This document shows, in pieces, positions 1 to 9,834 of a stretch of 64,000 nt of DNA. The stretch's first letter is position 1. Every line of letters starts with the position of its first letter. Both the position numbers and the translations under genes were made by a program. The notes beneath the pieces are model-generated. The model searched no databases. It saw only the letters and a program-made list of their open reading frames with translations, and had not been told where the DNA came from. The stretch is from an uncultured Candidatus Rokubacteria bacterium (GTDB lineage Bacteria > Methylomirabilota > Methylomirabilia > Rokubacteriales > CSP1-6). The stretch lies in NCBI GenBank assembly GCA_963762145.1, contig CAVXJS010000014.1, positions 256,001 through 320,000 on the forward strand, written 5' to 3'.

Positions 1-357
1 CAGCGCGAGCGTGCCGATCGCGAAGTAGGCGCCGCGCAGGCGAAAGGCGGCCGCGCCGATGAGGAGCGCGAGCGCGACGGCCACCAGCGCGCCCGCGCCC
101 ATCGCGAGCAGGATCGGCGTCCCCGCGATCCAGAGCGTGCGCGCGGTCAGCGCGCCCAGGCCGAAGAAGGCGGCGTGGCCCAGGTTCACCTGGCCCGCGT
201 AGCCCGCGATGATGTTCCAGCTCTGGGCCAGCGTGATCGAGAGCAGGATCAGCAGCACGAAGTTGAGCACGTCGTCGCGGCGGGTGAGCAGCGGCAGCGG
301 CGCGAGCGCCGCGAACCCCGCGAGGATGGTCAGGGCCCATCCACGCTGACTGCTCAT
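1..357 (-). CDS. livM: Branched-chain amino acid ABC permease, LivM-like (3' part runs off the window)
   Basis: Read manually from ATG 357: MSSQRGWALTILAGF...LAQSWNIIAGYAGQVNLGHAAFFGLGA, the LivM-type WN..GY.GQ..LGHAAF motif. Confidence 0.85.
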   Translation of the reverse strand, partial: MSSQRGWALTILAGFAALAPLPLLTRRDDVLNFVLLILLSITLAQSWNIIAGYAGQVNLGHAAFFGLGALTARTLWIAGTPILLAMGAGALVAVALALLIGAAAFRLRGAYFAIGTLAL

Positions 358-359
358 TC

Positions 360-418
360 TGAGCGCCCGGCGCTGGAGGACGTCGCGCGGCGGTTCGGCC
401 TCTTCGCGCAAGCGCTCA
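360..418. repeat. 59-bp insert with 7-bp terminal inverted repeats, encoding a 21-aa coupled mini-ORF (354..419, minus strand)
   Basis: TGAGCGC (360-366) and GCGCTCA (412-418) are reverse complements; on the minus strand ATGAGC occurs at both ends (419 and 357). Confidence 0.4.
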
Positions 419-1315
419 TCGGTGGGACCGCTGGCCGAACAGGCCCTGCGGCCTGAGCACGAGCACCACCACGAAGATCACCAGGCCGACGACCTCGCGA
501 TAGGGACCGCCGAAGGCGGCCGCGCTGAGCGCCTCGGCCACGCCGACGAAGAGACCGGCCGCGAAGGTGCCCAGCATGGAGCCGAGGCCGGCCAGCACCA
601 CCACGATCAGGGCCTTGAGCGTCCATTCCAGACCCATCGCGGGGCTGATCGAGTAGCCGACGCTGACCAGCGTGCCCGCCGCCCCCGCGAGCGCGGTGCC
701 GATGGCGAAGGCCAGCAGGTAGGCGCGCCGCACGTCGATGCCGGTGAGCAGCGCGGCCTGCCAGTCCTCCGCGGTGGCGCGGATGGCCTTGCCCCAGCGC
801 CAGCGCGCCAGGAGCAGGTGGAGCCCCGCGATCAGCGCGAAGGCGAGGGCCAGGCTGACCAGCCGGATCACCGGGATCGCGAGCGGCCCCACGTGGAGCA
901 CCGCGCCGCTGTAGGCGGTGGTCACCGACCGGTCGTCGGCGGTCCAGAGCTGTACCGCCAGCGCGTGCAGGGCCAGGGCCAGACCGAAGCCCACCAGAAG
1001 CGAGTTCTTGATGCGCGTCTCCTCGTGGGCCCGCACCACGAAGCCGAACAGGACGGCGTAGAGCACGGCGCCCAGCAGGAGCGTGGCCGGGATGACCACG
1101 AGCAGGGAGGCGAACGGGTCCATGCGGAGCAGGGCGAAGAGCCAGTAGGTGCCGTAGCCGCCCAGCATGATCAGCTCGCCGTGGGCCACGTCCAGCACCT
1201 TGAGCACGCCGAACACGAGCGACAGCCCCGCGGCGGCGAGGCCGTAGAGCCCGCCCAGCAGCAGGCCGAGCACGATCTGCTGCGCCAGCACGGTGAGGGC
1301 GATCGCGTCCATCAC
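416..1315 (-). CDS. livH: Branched-chain amino acid ABC permease, LivH-like
   Basis: GLLLGGLYGLAAAGLSLVFGVLKVLDVAHGE ... LRPQGLFG motifs; hydrophobic. Confidence 0.9.
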   Translation of the reverse strand: MMDAIALTVLAQQIVLGLLLGGLYGLAAAGLSLVFGVLKVLDVAHGELIMLGGYGTYWLFALLRMDPFASLLVVIPATLLLGAVLYAVLFGFVVRAHEETRIKNSLLVGFGLALALHALAVQLWTADDRSVTTAYSGAVLHVGPLAIPVIRLVSLALAFALIAGLHLLLARWRWGKAIRATAEDWQAALLTGIDVRRAYLLAFAIGTALAGAAGTLVSVGYSISPAMGLEWTLKALIVVVLAGLGSMLGTFAAGLFVGVAEALSAAAFGGPYREVVGLVIFVVVLVLRPQGLFGQRSHR

Positions 1316-2031
1316 TCGCCCACCGCGAGCGGTCCCAGGTAGGCGCGCCGCACGTGCGGGTCGCGCAGCAGGGCCGCGCCCGCGCCCTCGCCCGCCACGC
1401 GCCCGCCCTCGAGGATGTAGGCGCGGTGGGCCAGGGTCAGGGCCGCCCGCACGTTCTGCTCGATCAGGAAGATCGCGACGCCCGCGCGATTGATCTCGGT
1501 CAGCGCGTCCAGGATCGCGCGCACGAGCTGCGGCGCGATGCCGAGCGAGGGCTCGTCGAGCATGAGCAGGCGCGGGCTCGCCATCAGCGCGCGGCCCACC
1601 GCCACCATCTGCTGCTGGCCGCCCGAGAGCGCGCGCACGACCTGCCGCCGCCGGTCGCGCAGGGCGGGGAAGAGGGCGTAGACCCGCTCGTAGCTCTCGC
1701 GGCGTGCGGCGCGGGCGCGCGGGGCGAACGCGCCCATCTCGAGGTTGTCCTCCACCGTCATGGTCCCGAAGAGCCGCCGGCCCTCGGGCACGATGGCGAG
1801 GCCCCGCTCCACGACCAGGTGCGCGGGCACCGCGCGCAGGTCCTCGCCCTCCCAGCGGATGCGGCCCGCGCGCGGCCGCACGAGGCCGGCCACGCAGGCC
1901 AGCAGCGTGCTCTTGCCCGCGCCGTTGGGGCCGAGCAGCGCGACGATCTCGCCGGGCCGCACCGAGAGCGTCACGCCCGAGAGCACGCGGACGTCGCCGT
2001 AAGCCGCCTCGAGGCCTTCGATCTCAAGCAT
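1312..2031 (-). CDS. livF: ABC ATP-binding protein, LivF-like
   Basis: Start MLEIEGLEAAYG at 2031; Walker A GPNGAGKS, LSGGQQQM, LMLDEPSLG. Confidence 0.9.
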   Translation of the reverse strand: MLEIEGLEAAYGDVRVLSGVTLSVRPGEIVALLGPNGAGKSTLLACVAGLVRPRAGRIRWEGEDLRAVPAHLVVERGLAIVPEGRRLFGTMTVEDNLEMGAFAPRARAARRESYERVYALFPALRDRRRQVVRALSGGQQQMVAVGRALMASPRLLMLDEPSLGIAPQLVRAILDALTEINRAGVAIFLIEQNVRAALTLAHRAYILEGGRVAGEGAGAALLRDPHVRRAYLGPLAVGE

Positions 2032-2039
2032 GCGCGGCC

Positions 2040-2777
2040 TCAGGCATGCACGTCCGGGGGCCGGGCGGCTCCCAGGTAGACGTCCACCACGCGGGCGTCG
2101 GCGGCCACCACCGCGGGCGCGCCGTCCGCGATCATCTCGCCCGCGCTCAGCACCATGATCCGGCGCGCGAGGTCCATCAGCGCCCACACGATGTGCTCCA
2201 CCATCAGCACGGTGAGGCCCTCGGCGACCAGGCGACGGATCAGGGCCATCGCGGCCGCGGTCTCGGCGGGGTTGAGCCCGGCCATGAACTCGTCGAGCAG
2301 CAGGAGCTCGGGCCCGGTGGCCAGCGCCCGCGCCAGCTCGAGGCGCTTGCGATCCATCAGGGTCAGCGCGGAGGCCGGCGTGGCGGCGCGGCCCTCGAGG
2401 CCGACCAGCGCGAGCAGGCGCGCCGCCTCTGTGTGGGCGCCGCCGCGGCCGCGCGTGCGGCCGTAGAGGCAGCCCACGCGCACGTTGTCGAGTGCGGAGA
2501 GCCCGGCGAAGGGCCGGACGAGCTGGAAGGTGCGGGCCACGCCGCGCGCGCAGAGCCGGTGGGGCGCCAACCCGGCCACGTCGCGCCCCTGGAGCCGGAT
2601 GCGCCCGCGATCGGGCCGCAGGGCGCCCGCGATCAGGTTGAAGAGCGTGGTCTTGCCGGAGCCGTTCGGCCCCATGATGCCGAGCAGCTCGCCGGGCTCG
2701 ATCGTGAAGCTGACGTCGCTGACCGCGAGGACTCCGCCAAAGCCCTTCGATAGCCGCTCGACCTCGAGAAGAGCCAC
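2040..2777 (-). CDS. livG: ABC ATP-binding protein, LivG-like
   Basis: GPNGSGKTT, ARTFQ, LLLDE, VEH; ends VYLG. Confidence 0.9.
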   Translation of the reverse strand: MALLEVERLSKGFGGVLAVSDVSFTIEPGELLGIMGPNGSGKTTLFNLIAGALRPDRGRIRLQGRDVAGLAPHRLCARGVARTFQLVRPFAGLSALDNVRVGCLYGRTRGRGGAHTEAARLLALVGLEGRAATPASALTLMDRKRLELARALATGPELLLLDEFMAGLNPAETAAAMALIRRLVAEGLTVLMVEHIVWALMDLARRIMVLSAGEMIADGAPAVVAADARVVDVYLGAARPPDVHA

Positions 2778-2783
2778 GCGCGC

Positions 2784-3800
2784 TCAGGCGCCGCGGACGA
2801 CGATCGGCTTCAGCGACGGCTGTGCCAGCGCCTCCGCCGCCCGGTCCCACGGGACGATCTCGGAGGTCACGCGCTCGGGGCGCAGTCCGCCGTGCGCGAT
2901 CAGCTCGAGCACGTGCGGCAGCGCCGCGCGCGAGTTCACCCGGCCGGTGACGAAGCGGACGCCGCGCGTGTACATGGCCAGCAGCGGCAGCGGGACGTCA
3001 CCGCCGAAGTAAATGCTGACGCTGGTGCAGATGCCCTCGGGCTCGAGCGACTGGATCGCTCGCCGGAGGCCGCGCGGATCATTGCTGCCGTCCACCGTGA
3101 TCGGGTAGGTCTCGGGCGTGGCGGACGGCCGCAGGCTCGCGTGCGCGCCGAGGGCGGCGGCCACCTTGACGCGGTCCGGATTGGCGTCCACGTAGTCCAC
3201 TTGCGCGGCGCCGGCCGCGACGGCGCAGGCCACCGCGTAGAGCGGCACGCTGCCGATGCCGCCCAGCACCAGCACGCGCGCGCCCGGATTCTCCGCGAGC
3301 GGTGGGCCGACGGCGCGCCAGCCGTCGGCGACATTGTCGCTGACGCTGGCCACCGTGGCCGGGTCCAGGCCGGCGGGCAGCCGGACCAGCATGTGGGCCG
3401 CATAGGGCACGCGCACCAGATCGGCCAGCGCGCCGCCCCAGCGGCCGCCGAGGGGCTCGAAGCCGTACATGGACACGGGCGGCACGGTCTCGCAGCTCCC
3501 GGTGCGTCCGGAGCGACAGCAGGCGCAGGTCCCGCAGGCGATCTGGAACGGCACGATGACGCGGTCGCCCGGGCCGAAGCCCGTCACCGCGCTCCCGACC
3601 GCCACGACCTCGCCCACGAATTCGTGGCCGATCGGGAACGGCCCCTGGAACGGGATCAGCCCGCGCAGCAGCGCGACGTCGAGGTCACAGGCGGCCACTG
3701 CCAGCGGCCGGACGAGCGCGTCGTCCGGCGTCTCGATCGCCGCGTCGGGCGCCTCCTGCCACTCGAGCCGGCCGGCCTCCAGGAAGACGAGCGTCCGCAC
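2784..3800 (-). CDS. Zinc-dependent alcohol dehydrogenase (MDR family)
   Basis: ACDLD, GHEFVGEV, CGTCACC...C structural zinc motif. Confidence 0.85.
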   Translation of the reverse strand: MRTLVFLEAGRLEWQEAPDAAIETPDDALVRPLAVAACDLDVALLRGLIPFQGPFPIGHEFVGEVVAVGSAVTGFGPGDRVIVPFQIACGTCACCRSGRTGSCETVPPVSMYGFEPLGGRWGGALADLVRVPYAAHMLVRLPAGLDPATVASVSDNVADGWRAVGPPLAENPGARVLVLGGIGSVPLYAVACAVAAGAAQVDYVDANPDRVKVAAALGAHASLRPSATPETYPITVDGSNDPRGLRRAIQSLEPEGICTSVSIYFGGDVPLPLLAMYTRGVRFVTGRVNSRAALPHVLELIAHGGLRPERVTSEIVPWDRAAEALAQPSLKPIVVRGA

Positions 3801-3801
3801 C

Positions 3802-4983
3802 CTAGCGCTTGGCGAAGGGCGGCGCGGGAAACGCCAGCGGGGCGGTGGCGACGTCCTTCGGCCACACCAGCTCCTGCTTGCCGTTGATCCACTGCAGCAG
3901 CGCCTGCTGCACGATGCCGGTGCCGTCGGGCCGGAACGTCACCGCGCCGACCGCGGTGTTCATGCTGGTGGCCGCGATCGCGTCGCGGACCTTCTCGCGG
4001 TCGAGGCCGCCGGCGCGCGTGACCGCGGCGGCCAGGATCTGCACGCAGGCGTAGGCCGGGCCCACCAGGGGATCGGCGGGGCGGCCGGTCTTCTTCTGGT
4101 GCGCGTCGTTCAGCTCCTTCACGCCCACGCCCTTCATCGCGTGGTGCCAGCCCGCCGCGAGCACCATGTAGTCGCCGTCCTTGCCGAGGTTCTGCGACCA
4201 GATCTGGGCGTCGGGGGCGCGAATGAAGAGCGCGAGCTTGGGGCTGTAGCCGAGCTCCTTCATCTGCTTCACGATGGTCATGCCGTCGGGCGGGGTGGGC
4301 AGGGCCAGCACCATCTCCGCGTTCGCGGTCCGGGCCTTCAGGATGATGTCGGAGAAGTCCTTGGCGCCGGGCGCGTACTCGCCGGTGAGCACGACCTCGT
4401 AGCCGGCCCCCTTGCTGGCTTCCGTCCACGCCGCCGCCATCTCGCGCCCCCAGTCGGTCTTCTCCTGGAAGATCGCGACCGTCTTCGGCCGCGCCGCCGC
4501 CGGGATCAGCTCCAGGAGGCCCTGGGTGGCCCGGCCGATGTCGGGCGACTTCCAGAACGGCGAGAAGAGATAGCGAAACCCCTGCTGGTGGATCTTCTGC
4601 AGCGCGAACGCGACGCCCAGGTACGGCACCCGGTTCTTCTCGGCCACCGAGGCGGCGGCCGCGTGCAGGTCGGAGCCGAAGCCGCCGAGGTAGCCCACCA
4701 CGCCCTGCGCGGCCAGGCCCTCGAGCCGCGCGACGGTCTTGGTGGCGTCGGACTCGTCGTCCTGCAGGATCAGCTCGATCGGCATCCTGGTCGCGCCGAC
4801 GGTCACGCCGCCGGCCGCGTTGATCTGCTCCACCGCGATCTCGTAGCCGGCGCGGATCTGGGCGCCGCCGGCGCCGTAGCGGCCGGTGAGCGGGACCACC
4901 GCGCCCATCTTCACGGTTTGGGCCCAGGCGGCGGCGGGAGCCAGGCCGAGCAGCGCGAGCGCGAGCAGAGCCAGCATTCTCAT
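3802..4983 (-). CDS. Liv-family ABC substrate-binding protein
   Basis: Signal peptide MRMLALLALALLGLAPAAAWA; GAVVPLTG, QDDESD; the ORF track fuses it to the upstream gene through a frameshift. Confidence 0.85.
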   Translation of the reverse strand: MRMLALLALALLGLAPAAAWAQTVKMGAVVPLTGRYGAGGAQIRAGYEIAVEQINAAGGVTVGATRMPIELILQDDESDATKTVARLEGLAAQGVVGYLGGFGSDLHAAAASVAEKNRVPYLGVAFALQKIHQQGFRYLFSPFWKSPDIGRATQGLLELIPAAARPKTVAIFQEKTDWGREMAAAWTEASKGAGYEVVLTGEYAPGAKDFSDIILKARTANAEMVLALPTPPDGMTIVKQMKELGYSPKLALFIRAPDAQIWSQNLGKDGDYMVLAAGWHHAMKGVGVKELNDAHQKKTGRPADPLVGPAYACVQILAAAVTRAGGLDREKVRDAIAATSMNTAVGAVTFRPDGTGIVQQALLQWINGKQELVWPKDVATAPLAFPAPPFAKR

Positions 4984-5012
4984 GGGGGTCTCCTTGAGGT
5001 CGATCCTTGGGA

Positions 5013-6115
5013 TCAGTCGGTCCAGATGGATCGGGCGGTCTCGGCCACGCGGTGGAGCTTGGCGCGCTGCTCCTCCGGCGAGATCCGGTTGCCCTCCATG
5101 GTCGAGGCGAAGCCGCACTGCGGGCTGAGGGCCAGGCGCTCCCGCGGCAGGTAGCGGGCGGCCTCGTCCACGACGGGCGCGCAGCTCGGCCACGGATTCC
5201 AGGCGCGGGGTCTTGGTCGTCACCAGGCCGAGGACGACCGTGCGGTCCTCCGGCATCGCGCGTAGCGGCTCGAAGCCGCCCGAGCGCGCGTCGTCGTACT
5301 CCAGGAGGAAGCGCTGGAAGCGGCTCCGGGTGAAGACCCGCGCGATCGGCTCGTAGCCGCCGCTGGCGTAGAACATGGACTGGTTGTTGCCCCGGCAGAT
5401 GTGCAGGCCGAAGGTGACCCCGGCGTGATTCACCGTCCCGATGACCGCGTTATCCATCTCGATGCACGCGTCGATCAAGCGATCGGGATCGCTGCCGCGC
5501 TTGCGGTAGCCCTCGCGCAGCTCCGGATCGAGCAGCGCCGCGTACTGGGGCGCGTCGATCTGGATGTAGGTGCAGCCGAGCGCGACGAGCTCCAGGACCT
5601 CCCGCCGGGTGAGATCCACGATGTCGGCCAGGTAGGCGTCGCGGGTCGGGTAGGCGCCGGCGGACTTCTCGGGATCGTAGTAGGCGGCGGCCTGCTGGCT
5701 GCTGATCAGGGTGACCTTGGTGGGGCGCGTCGTGCGGGCGCGGAGATAGGCGAGCTCCTCGGTGCACATGCTCCGGCGCCAGCGCAGCTTCTCGACGACC
5801 ACGGGGCGCTTGAACACGAGCCGCTCGCCGTGCTCGTTGTGGAACGGAATGGCCCAGCCGCCCTGCTTGTCGAACCCGTCGAGCGCGTCGATCAGGTGGC
5901 CGAAGAAGGCGTAGCGGCGCAGCTCGCCGTCGGTGACCACGTCGAGGCCCGGCTTCCTCCTGCAGGCGCACCGCGTCGTCCACCGCGCGGTCCTCGATCT
6001 GCTTGAACGCGGCGGCGGAGAGCTCGCCGCGCTCCCGGCGGGCGCGGGCGGCCTTGAGGCCTTCCGGGCGTAGGAGGCTACCGACTACGTCGCTGCGGAT
6101 GGCGTGGGCGGACAC
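5013..6115 (-). CDS. Cobalamin-independent methionine synthase II family (single-domain MetE-like) protein with two frameshifts (about 5950 and 5175)
   Basis: Pieces in three frames: RSDVVGSLLRP; VTDGELRR...IQIDAP...HICRGN...LEYDD; LSPQCGFAST...IWTD-stop. Confidence 0.8.
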
Positions 6116-6184
6116 CCCGGCTTCCTTTCATGTTCGTCCCGGTAGTTCGATCGCGGCAGACCGCTTGGGCAGATTGCCCTTGCT

Positions 6185-6300
6185 GCTTCATTTCTTGTAT
6201 CCGCTCGGCTCGCCTTCGGCTGCACCTCGCCATGCCACTGCCGCTTCATTTCTTGTATCCGCTCGGCTCGCCTTCGGCTTCGCCTCACCCTGCAACTGCC
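6185..6300. repeat. 58-bp tandem duplication with a 37-bp perfect core and a GCC-TTC-GGC hairpin
   Basis: GCTTCATTTCTTGTATCCGCTCGGCTCGCCTTCGGCT at 6185-6221 and 6243-6279; the following 21 nt are also similar between units. Confidence 0.85.
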
Positions 6301-6320
6301 GCGCGGCGGCTCGCTCCGGG

Positions 6321-7544
6321 TTATTGGCCTGAGACCTTGAACATAACGCCCTCGATCCCGAGGGCGGCCTTGCCGATGCCTTCGAGCATGCGATCGACCG
6401 TCGGGGGCATCAGGGTCGAGGTGCGGAGGTCGCGGAAGGCGCGCTCGGCCGGGAACTCCTTGTAGGCGCCGCGGCCGCCCACCACCTGGATCACCTTGGA
6501 GGTGACCGCGAGGCCGACCTCGGTGGCGAGGTACTTGGCCTTGTTGCCGAGGACGCCGCGCTCCACGAGGTCGCCGGCCTCCCAGCGCTCGGCGGTGTCG
6601 GCCAGCACCAGCAGCGCGCCGTCGAGGTGCGCGGACAGCTCCCCGATGTGCCGCTGCACGGTCGGATCGTGCGCGACCGGGATGTTCTCGGGCTTGACGA
6701 TGCGCTTGCGCGCGTAGTCGATCGCGAAGGCGAGCGCGCCTTCCGCGATCCCGAGGTAGACCGCGGCGTAGCCCAGCGCGAAGCTCTCCACCACGCCCAC
6801 CCGGAGGCCGGCGCCGGGATCGCCGAGCGCCGCGTCCTTCGGCACGCGCACGCCGGTGAAGGTGACCGAGGGGCTGAACGTCGCGCGCATCCCCAGCGTG
6901 TTCCACTTGCCGTCGGTGGCGATGCCGGGGGCGTCCGCGGGCACCAGCACCTGGAGGAGGGACTTGCCCATGTCGGTGCCGCCCTCGAGCGCGCACCAGA
7001 CCATGTAGTGCGACGCGCCCAGGGCCATGGTGCAGAAGTGCTTCACGCCGTCCACCACGTAGGCGTCGCCGTCCTGGCGGACGGCGGTCTCCATCAGGAA
7101 GGTGCGGGAGAGGCTCACCGCGGGCTCGCTGCCCCAGCTCCCGAAGAGCTTGCCGTCGCGCACCACGTCGCCGAAGTAGCGGCGCTTCTGGGCCGCGGTG
7201 CCGAGCGCGTCGATGAAGCGCATGACCGTGGAGTGCATGTGCACGGTCATCGCGGTGTTGGCGCAGCCCCGGGCGATGGTGCGGATCACGCCGATGTAGG
7301 TCGGCATGTCGAGGCCGAGGCCGCCGTGGGCGGTGGGGATGCACGAGCCCAGAAAGCCCTCCCGAGCGAGCACGCGCCAGGAATCGATCGGGTTGGCGCC
7401 CGCCGCGTCGTACTCGGCCGCGCGCGGGGCGATGTGCTCCCGCGTCAGCCGGGACACCAACTCCAGCAAGGCTTGTTTGGACTGGGGGGGAGCGGCCGCC
7501 GCTCCTCCCCCAGACCCCCCCACCGGTTTGCCGTCAACCGTCAT
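6321..7544 (-). CDS. Acyl-CoA dehydrogenase-fold flavoprotein
   Basis: APRAAEYD, HGGLG, SEP, DGVKHFC, LGMRAT, GGRG, ERAFRD. Confidence 0.85.
   Translation of the reverse strand: MTVDGKPVGGSGGGAAAAPPQSKQALLELVSRLTREHIAPRAAEYDAAGANPIDSWRVLAREGFLGSCIPTAHGGLGLDMPTYIGVIRTIARGCANTAMTVHMHSTVMRFIDALGTAAQKRRYFGDVVRDGKLFGSWGSEPAVSLSRTFLMETAVRQDGDAYVVDGVKHFCTMALGASHYMVWCALEGGTDMGKSLLQVLVPADAPGIATDGKWNTLGMRATFSPSVTFTGVRVPKDAALGDPGAGLRVGVVESFALGYAAVYLGIAEGALAFAIDYARKRIVKPENIPVAHDPTVQRHIGELSAHLDGALLVLADTAERWEAGDLVERGVLGNKAKYLATEVGLAVTSKVIQVVGGRGAYKEFPAERAFRDLRTSTLMPPTVDRMLEGIGKAALGIEGVMFKVSGQ
7474..7524 (-). repeat. In-frame palindromic element, copy 1 (encodes VGGSGGGAAAAPPQSKQ)
   Basis: GGGGG-a-GGAGCGG-cgg-CCGCTCC-CCCCC hairpin; 42/51 nt identical to the copy in ligD. 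Confidence 0.7.
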
Positions 7545-7550
7545 TCGCGC

Positions 7551-8006
7551 CTAGCTCATGCCCCCGACCGGCTTGCGATTGGACGTGACGCAGCGGCAGG
7601 TGCCGGCCTGGTGGAGCTCGATCATGTTGCCGAACGGGTCGTACATGAAGATCTGCTGCGACTGCGGGCCGACCACGCCGGTGGTCACCCAGAAGTCCAC
7701 GCCCATCCGCTCGAGCTCGGCCTTCGCCTCCTGGATGTCGGGCACCGCGAGGGCGACGTGCGGGCGCGAGGGATCCTTGTCGGGCCCCTGGGCGAACTTG
7801 GACGCCCCGTCCACGCCCATGAGGTGGATCTGGGCGGCGCCGCCCACGTCCATCCAGTAGCCGTCGATCGTCGGGATCGTCGGGCGACCCTGGTCGGCGT
7901 CGAGGCCGAGCACGTCGTGATAGAAGCCGTAGGCCTTCTTCACATCCGTGGGCGACGGCCCGACCCGGATGCCGTGGTGGTGGAGCTCAAGCACTTTGAC
8001 GGCCAT
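7551..8006 (-). CDS. VOC/glyoxalase family protein
   Basis: LHHHGIRV, FYHDVLGL, HVALAV, DPFGNMIELH. Confidence 0.85.
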   Translation of the reverse strand: MAVKVLELHHHGIRVGPSPTDVKKAYGFYHDVLGLDADQGRPTIPTIDGYWMDVGGAAQIHLMGVDGASKFAQGPDKDPSRPHVALAVPDIQEAKAELERMGVDFWVTTGVVGPQSQQIFMYDPFGNMIELHQAGTCRCVTSNRKPVGGMS

Positions 8007-8955
8007 AGATGCCTCCTGTGAGCGTGCCCCAGATCCCCTTGGGGAGGAACAGAACGAACGCGGAAAAGATCGCGCCGACGACGAGGGGCCACCATTCGAG
8101 GACGAGGCTCAACCGCTCCTCCAGCACCAGGAAGGTCGCGGCACCTACGAAGGGACCGAAGAAGGTCCCCGCGCCGCCCAGCAGCGTCATCATGACGACC
8201 TGGCCCGAGGTGGTCCAGTACAGTGACTCGACCGGCACGACCGTGAGCCGCAGGGCGTCCAGCGACCCCGCAACCCCGGCGAAGCAGGCGGAGAACACGA
8301 ACGACAGATGCTTGACCCGGTTGACGTCGTATCCGCAGGCCTCCGCGCGGCTGCTGTTCTCGCGAATGGCCTGCAGCACCGCCCCGAAGGGGGAGTCGAG
8401 GATGCGCCGGAGCGCCAGCACCGCGAGCCCCACCAGGACGTAGGCGAAGTAGTAGAAGCCGAGGGTGCTCTCGACGGAGTACTGCCACGGCCCCAGCCCG
8501 AGCGCGAGCTGCGGGATGCCGCGCAGGCCGTCGTCGCCGCCCGTCACGTCGGCGAGGTGGAAGCCGATGAAGTACAGCATCTGGGCGAAGGCCAGCGTCA
8601 GCATCGCGAAGTAGATCCCGCGGCGCCGCAGGCAGAAGAAGCCGATGATCGCGCCGCCCAGCCCGGCGAGCAGCAGCCCGGCGGCGAGCCCGAGCCAGAG
8701 CGAGCCCACGTGCAGCTTCGCGAGCGCGAGGCCGCACCCGTAGGCCCCCAGGCCGTAGTAGGCCGCGTGGCCGAAGGAGAGCAGGCCGGTGTAGCCGTAG
8801 AGCAGGTTGAAGCCCATCGCGAGCAGCCCGAAGATCAGCACCTGGGTGGCCATGGTGCGGTTGGGCACGATGAAGGGGAACACGGCGAAGAAGAGCCAGA
8901 AGGCGAGCACCGGGTGCGCGGCGATGCGGAGCGCGACCTGGCGCAGAGCGCTCAT
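7987..8955 (-). CDS. ABC permease, LivM-like
   Basis: GFNLLYGYTGLLSFGHAA, GIYFAMLTLAF, LPKGIWG. Confidence 0.9.
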   Translation of the reverse strand: MSALRQVALRIAAHPVLAFWLFFAVFPFIVPNRTMATQVLIFGLLAMGFNLLYGYTGLLSFGHAAYYGLGAYGCGLALAKLHVGSLWLGLAAGLLLAGLGGAIIGFFCLRRRGIYFAMLTLAFAQMLYFIGFHLADVTGGDDGLRGIPQLALGLGPWQYSVESTLGFYYFAYVLVGLAVLALRRILDSPFGAVLQAIRENSSRAEACGYDVNRVKHLSFVFSACFAGVAGSLDALRLTVVPVESLYWTTSGQVVMMTLLGGAGTFFGPFVGAATFLVLEERLSLVLEWWPLVVGAIFSAFVLFLPKGIWGTLTGGIYGRQSA

Positions 8956-9830
8956 TCGGCCAGGCCCGCCTCGCCGAAGAGGCCGCTCGGTCGCACCAGC
9001 AGGACCACCGCCATCGCCACGAACACCATGATGTCGGCCGCCTTGGGCAGGAAGAGGGTGGTGAGCCCGACGACCTGGCCGATGAGGAGCCCGGCCACCA
9101 CCGCGCCGAGCAGGCTGCCCATGCCGCCCACCACGATGACCACGAACGATTCGATCACCATGGTCACGCCCATCTCGGCGTAGGCGCCGCGCATGGGCCC
9201 GGCCAGGATGCCGGCCAGCCCGGCCAGCGCGGTGCCGATGCCGAAGACCACCAGCCAGACGCGCCCGAGGTCGATGCCGAGCGCGCGGACCATGAGGGGG
9301 TCGCGCGAGCCCGCACGGATGATGAGCCCGATGTTGGTGCGTCCGAGGAAGAAGTAGAGGCCGATCAGCACCGCCACGGTGATCCCGATGAGGAAGAGGC
9401 GGTACGCCGGGAAGGCCATGAAGCCCAGGTCCACCGCCCCGGAGAGGGCCCGAGGCGGATCGAGCGTGAGCCCGATCTTGCCCCAGAGCACCTTGACGCC
9501 TTCGACCAGGATCAGCGAGAGGCCGAAGGTGAGCAGGAGCGGGTCGTCGGGCGATCGCCCGTAGAGCCGCCGGATGAGGAAACGCTCCATGAGCAGCCCG
9601 ACCGCGCCAACCATGAGCGGCGCCACGATCAGCGCCACCCAGAAGCTCTTGGTGTAGTTGATGAGGAACACGCCGAAGTACGCCCCCAGCATGAAGAGCG
9701 CGCCATGAGCGAAGTTCACCACCGTCATCAGCCCGAAGATCAGGGACAGGCCGATGGCCAGCAGGACGTAGATCATCCCCAGCACGAGGCCGGTGAATAC
9801 CTGTGCCAGGAGCGTCGAGAGCTCGGGCAC
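8952..9830 (-). CDS. ABC permease, LivH-like
   Basis: GLSLIFGLMTVVNFAHG, VVGGMGS, RPSGLFG. Confidence 0.9.
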   Translation of the reverse strand: MPELSTLLAQVFTGLVLGMIYVLLAIGLSLIFGLMTVVNFAHGALFMLGAYFGVFLINYTKSFWVALIVAPLMVGAVGLLMERFLIRRLYGRSPDDPLLLTFGLSLILVEGVKVLWGKIGLTLDPPRALSGAVDLGFMAFPAYRLFLIGITVAVLIGLYFFLGRTNIGLIIRAGSRDPLMVRALGIDLGRVWLVVFGIGTALAGLAGILAGPMRGAYAEMGVTMVIESFVVIVVGGMGSLLGAVVAGLLIGQVVGLTTLFLPKAADIMVFVAMAVVLLVRPSGLFGEAGLAE

Positions 9831-9834
9831 GAAG

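Noticed and set aside
3802-5940. MetE-SBP fusion protein
   Set aside because: Caused by a frameshift near 5175; the SBP has its own RBS and signal peptide at 4983.
6185-6300. 37-bp direct repeat resembling a CRISPR mini-array
   Set aside because: Only two copies; the 21-nt 'spacer' resembles the sequence after copy 2, so it is a 58-bp tandem duplication; no cas genes nearby.
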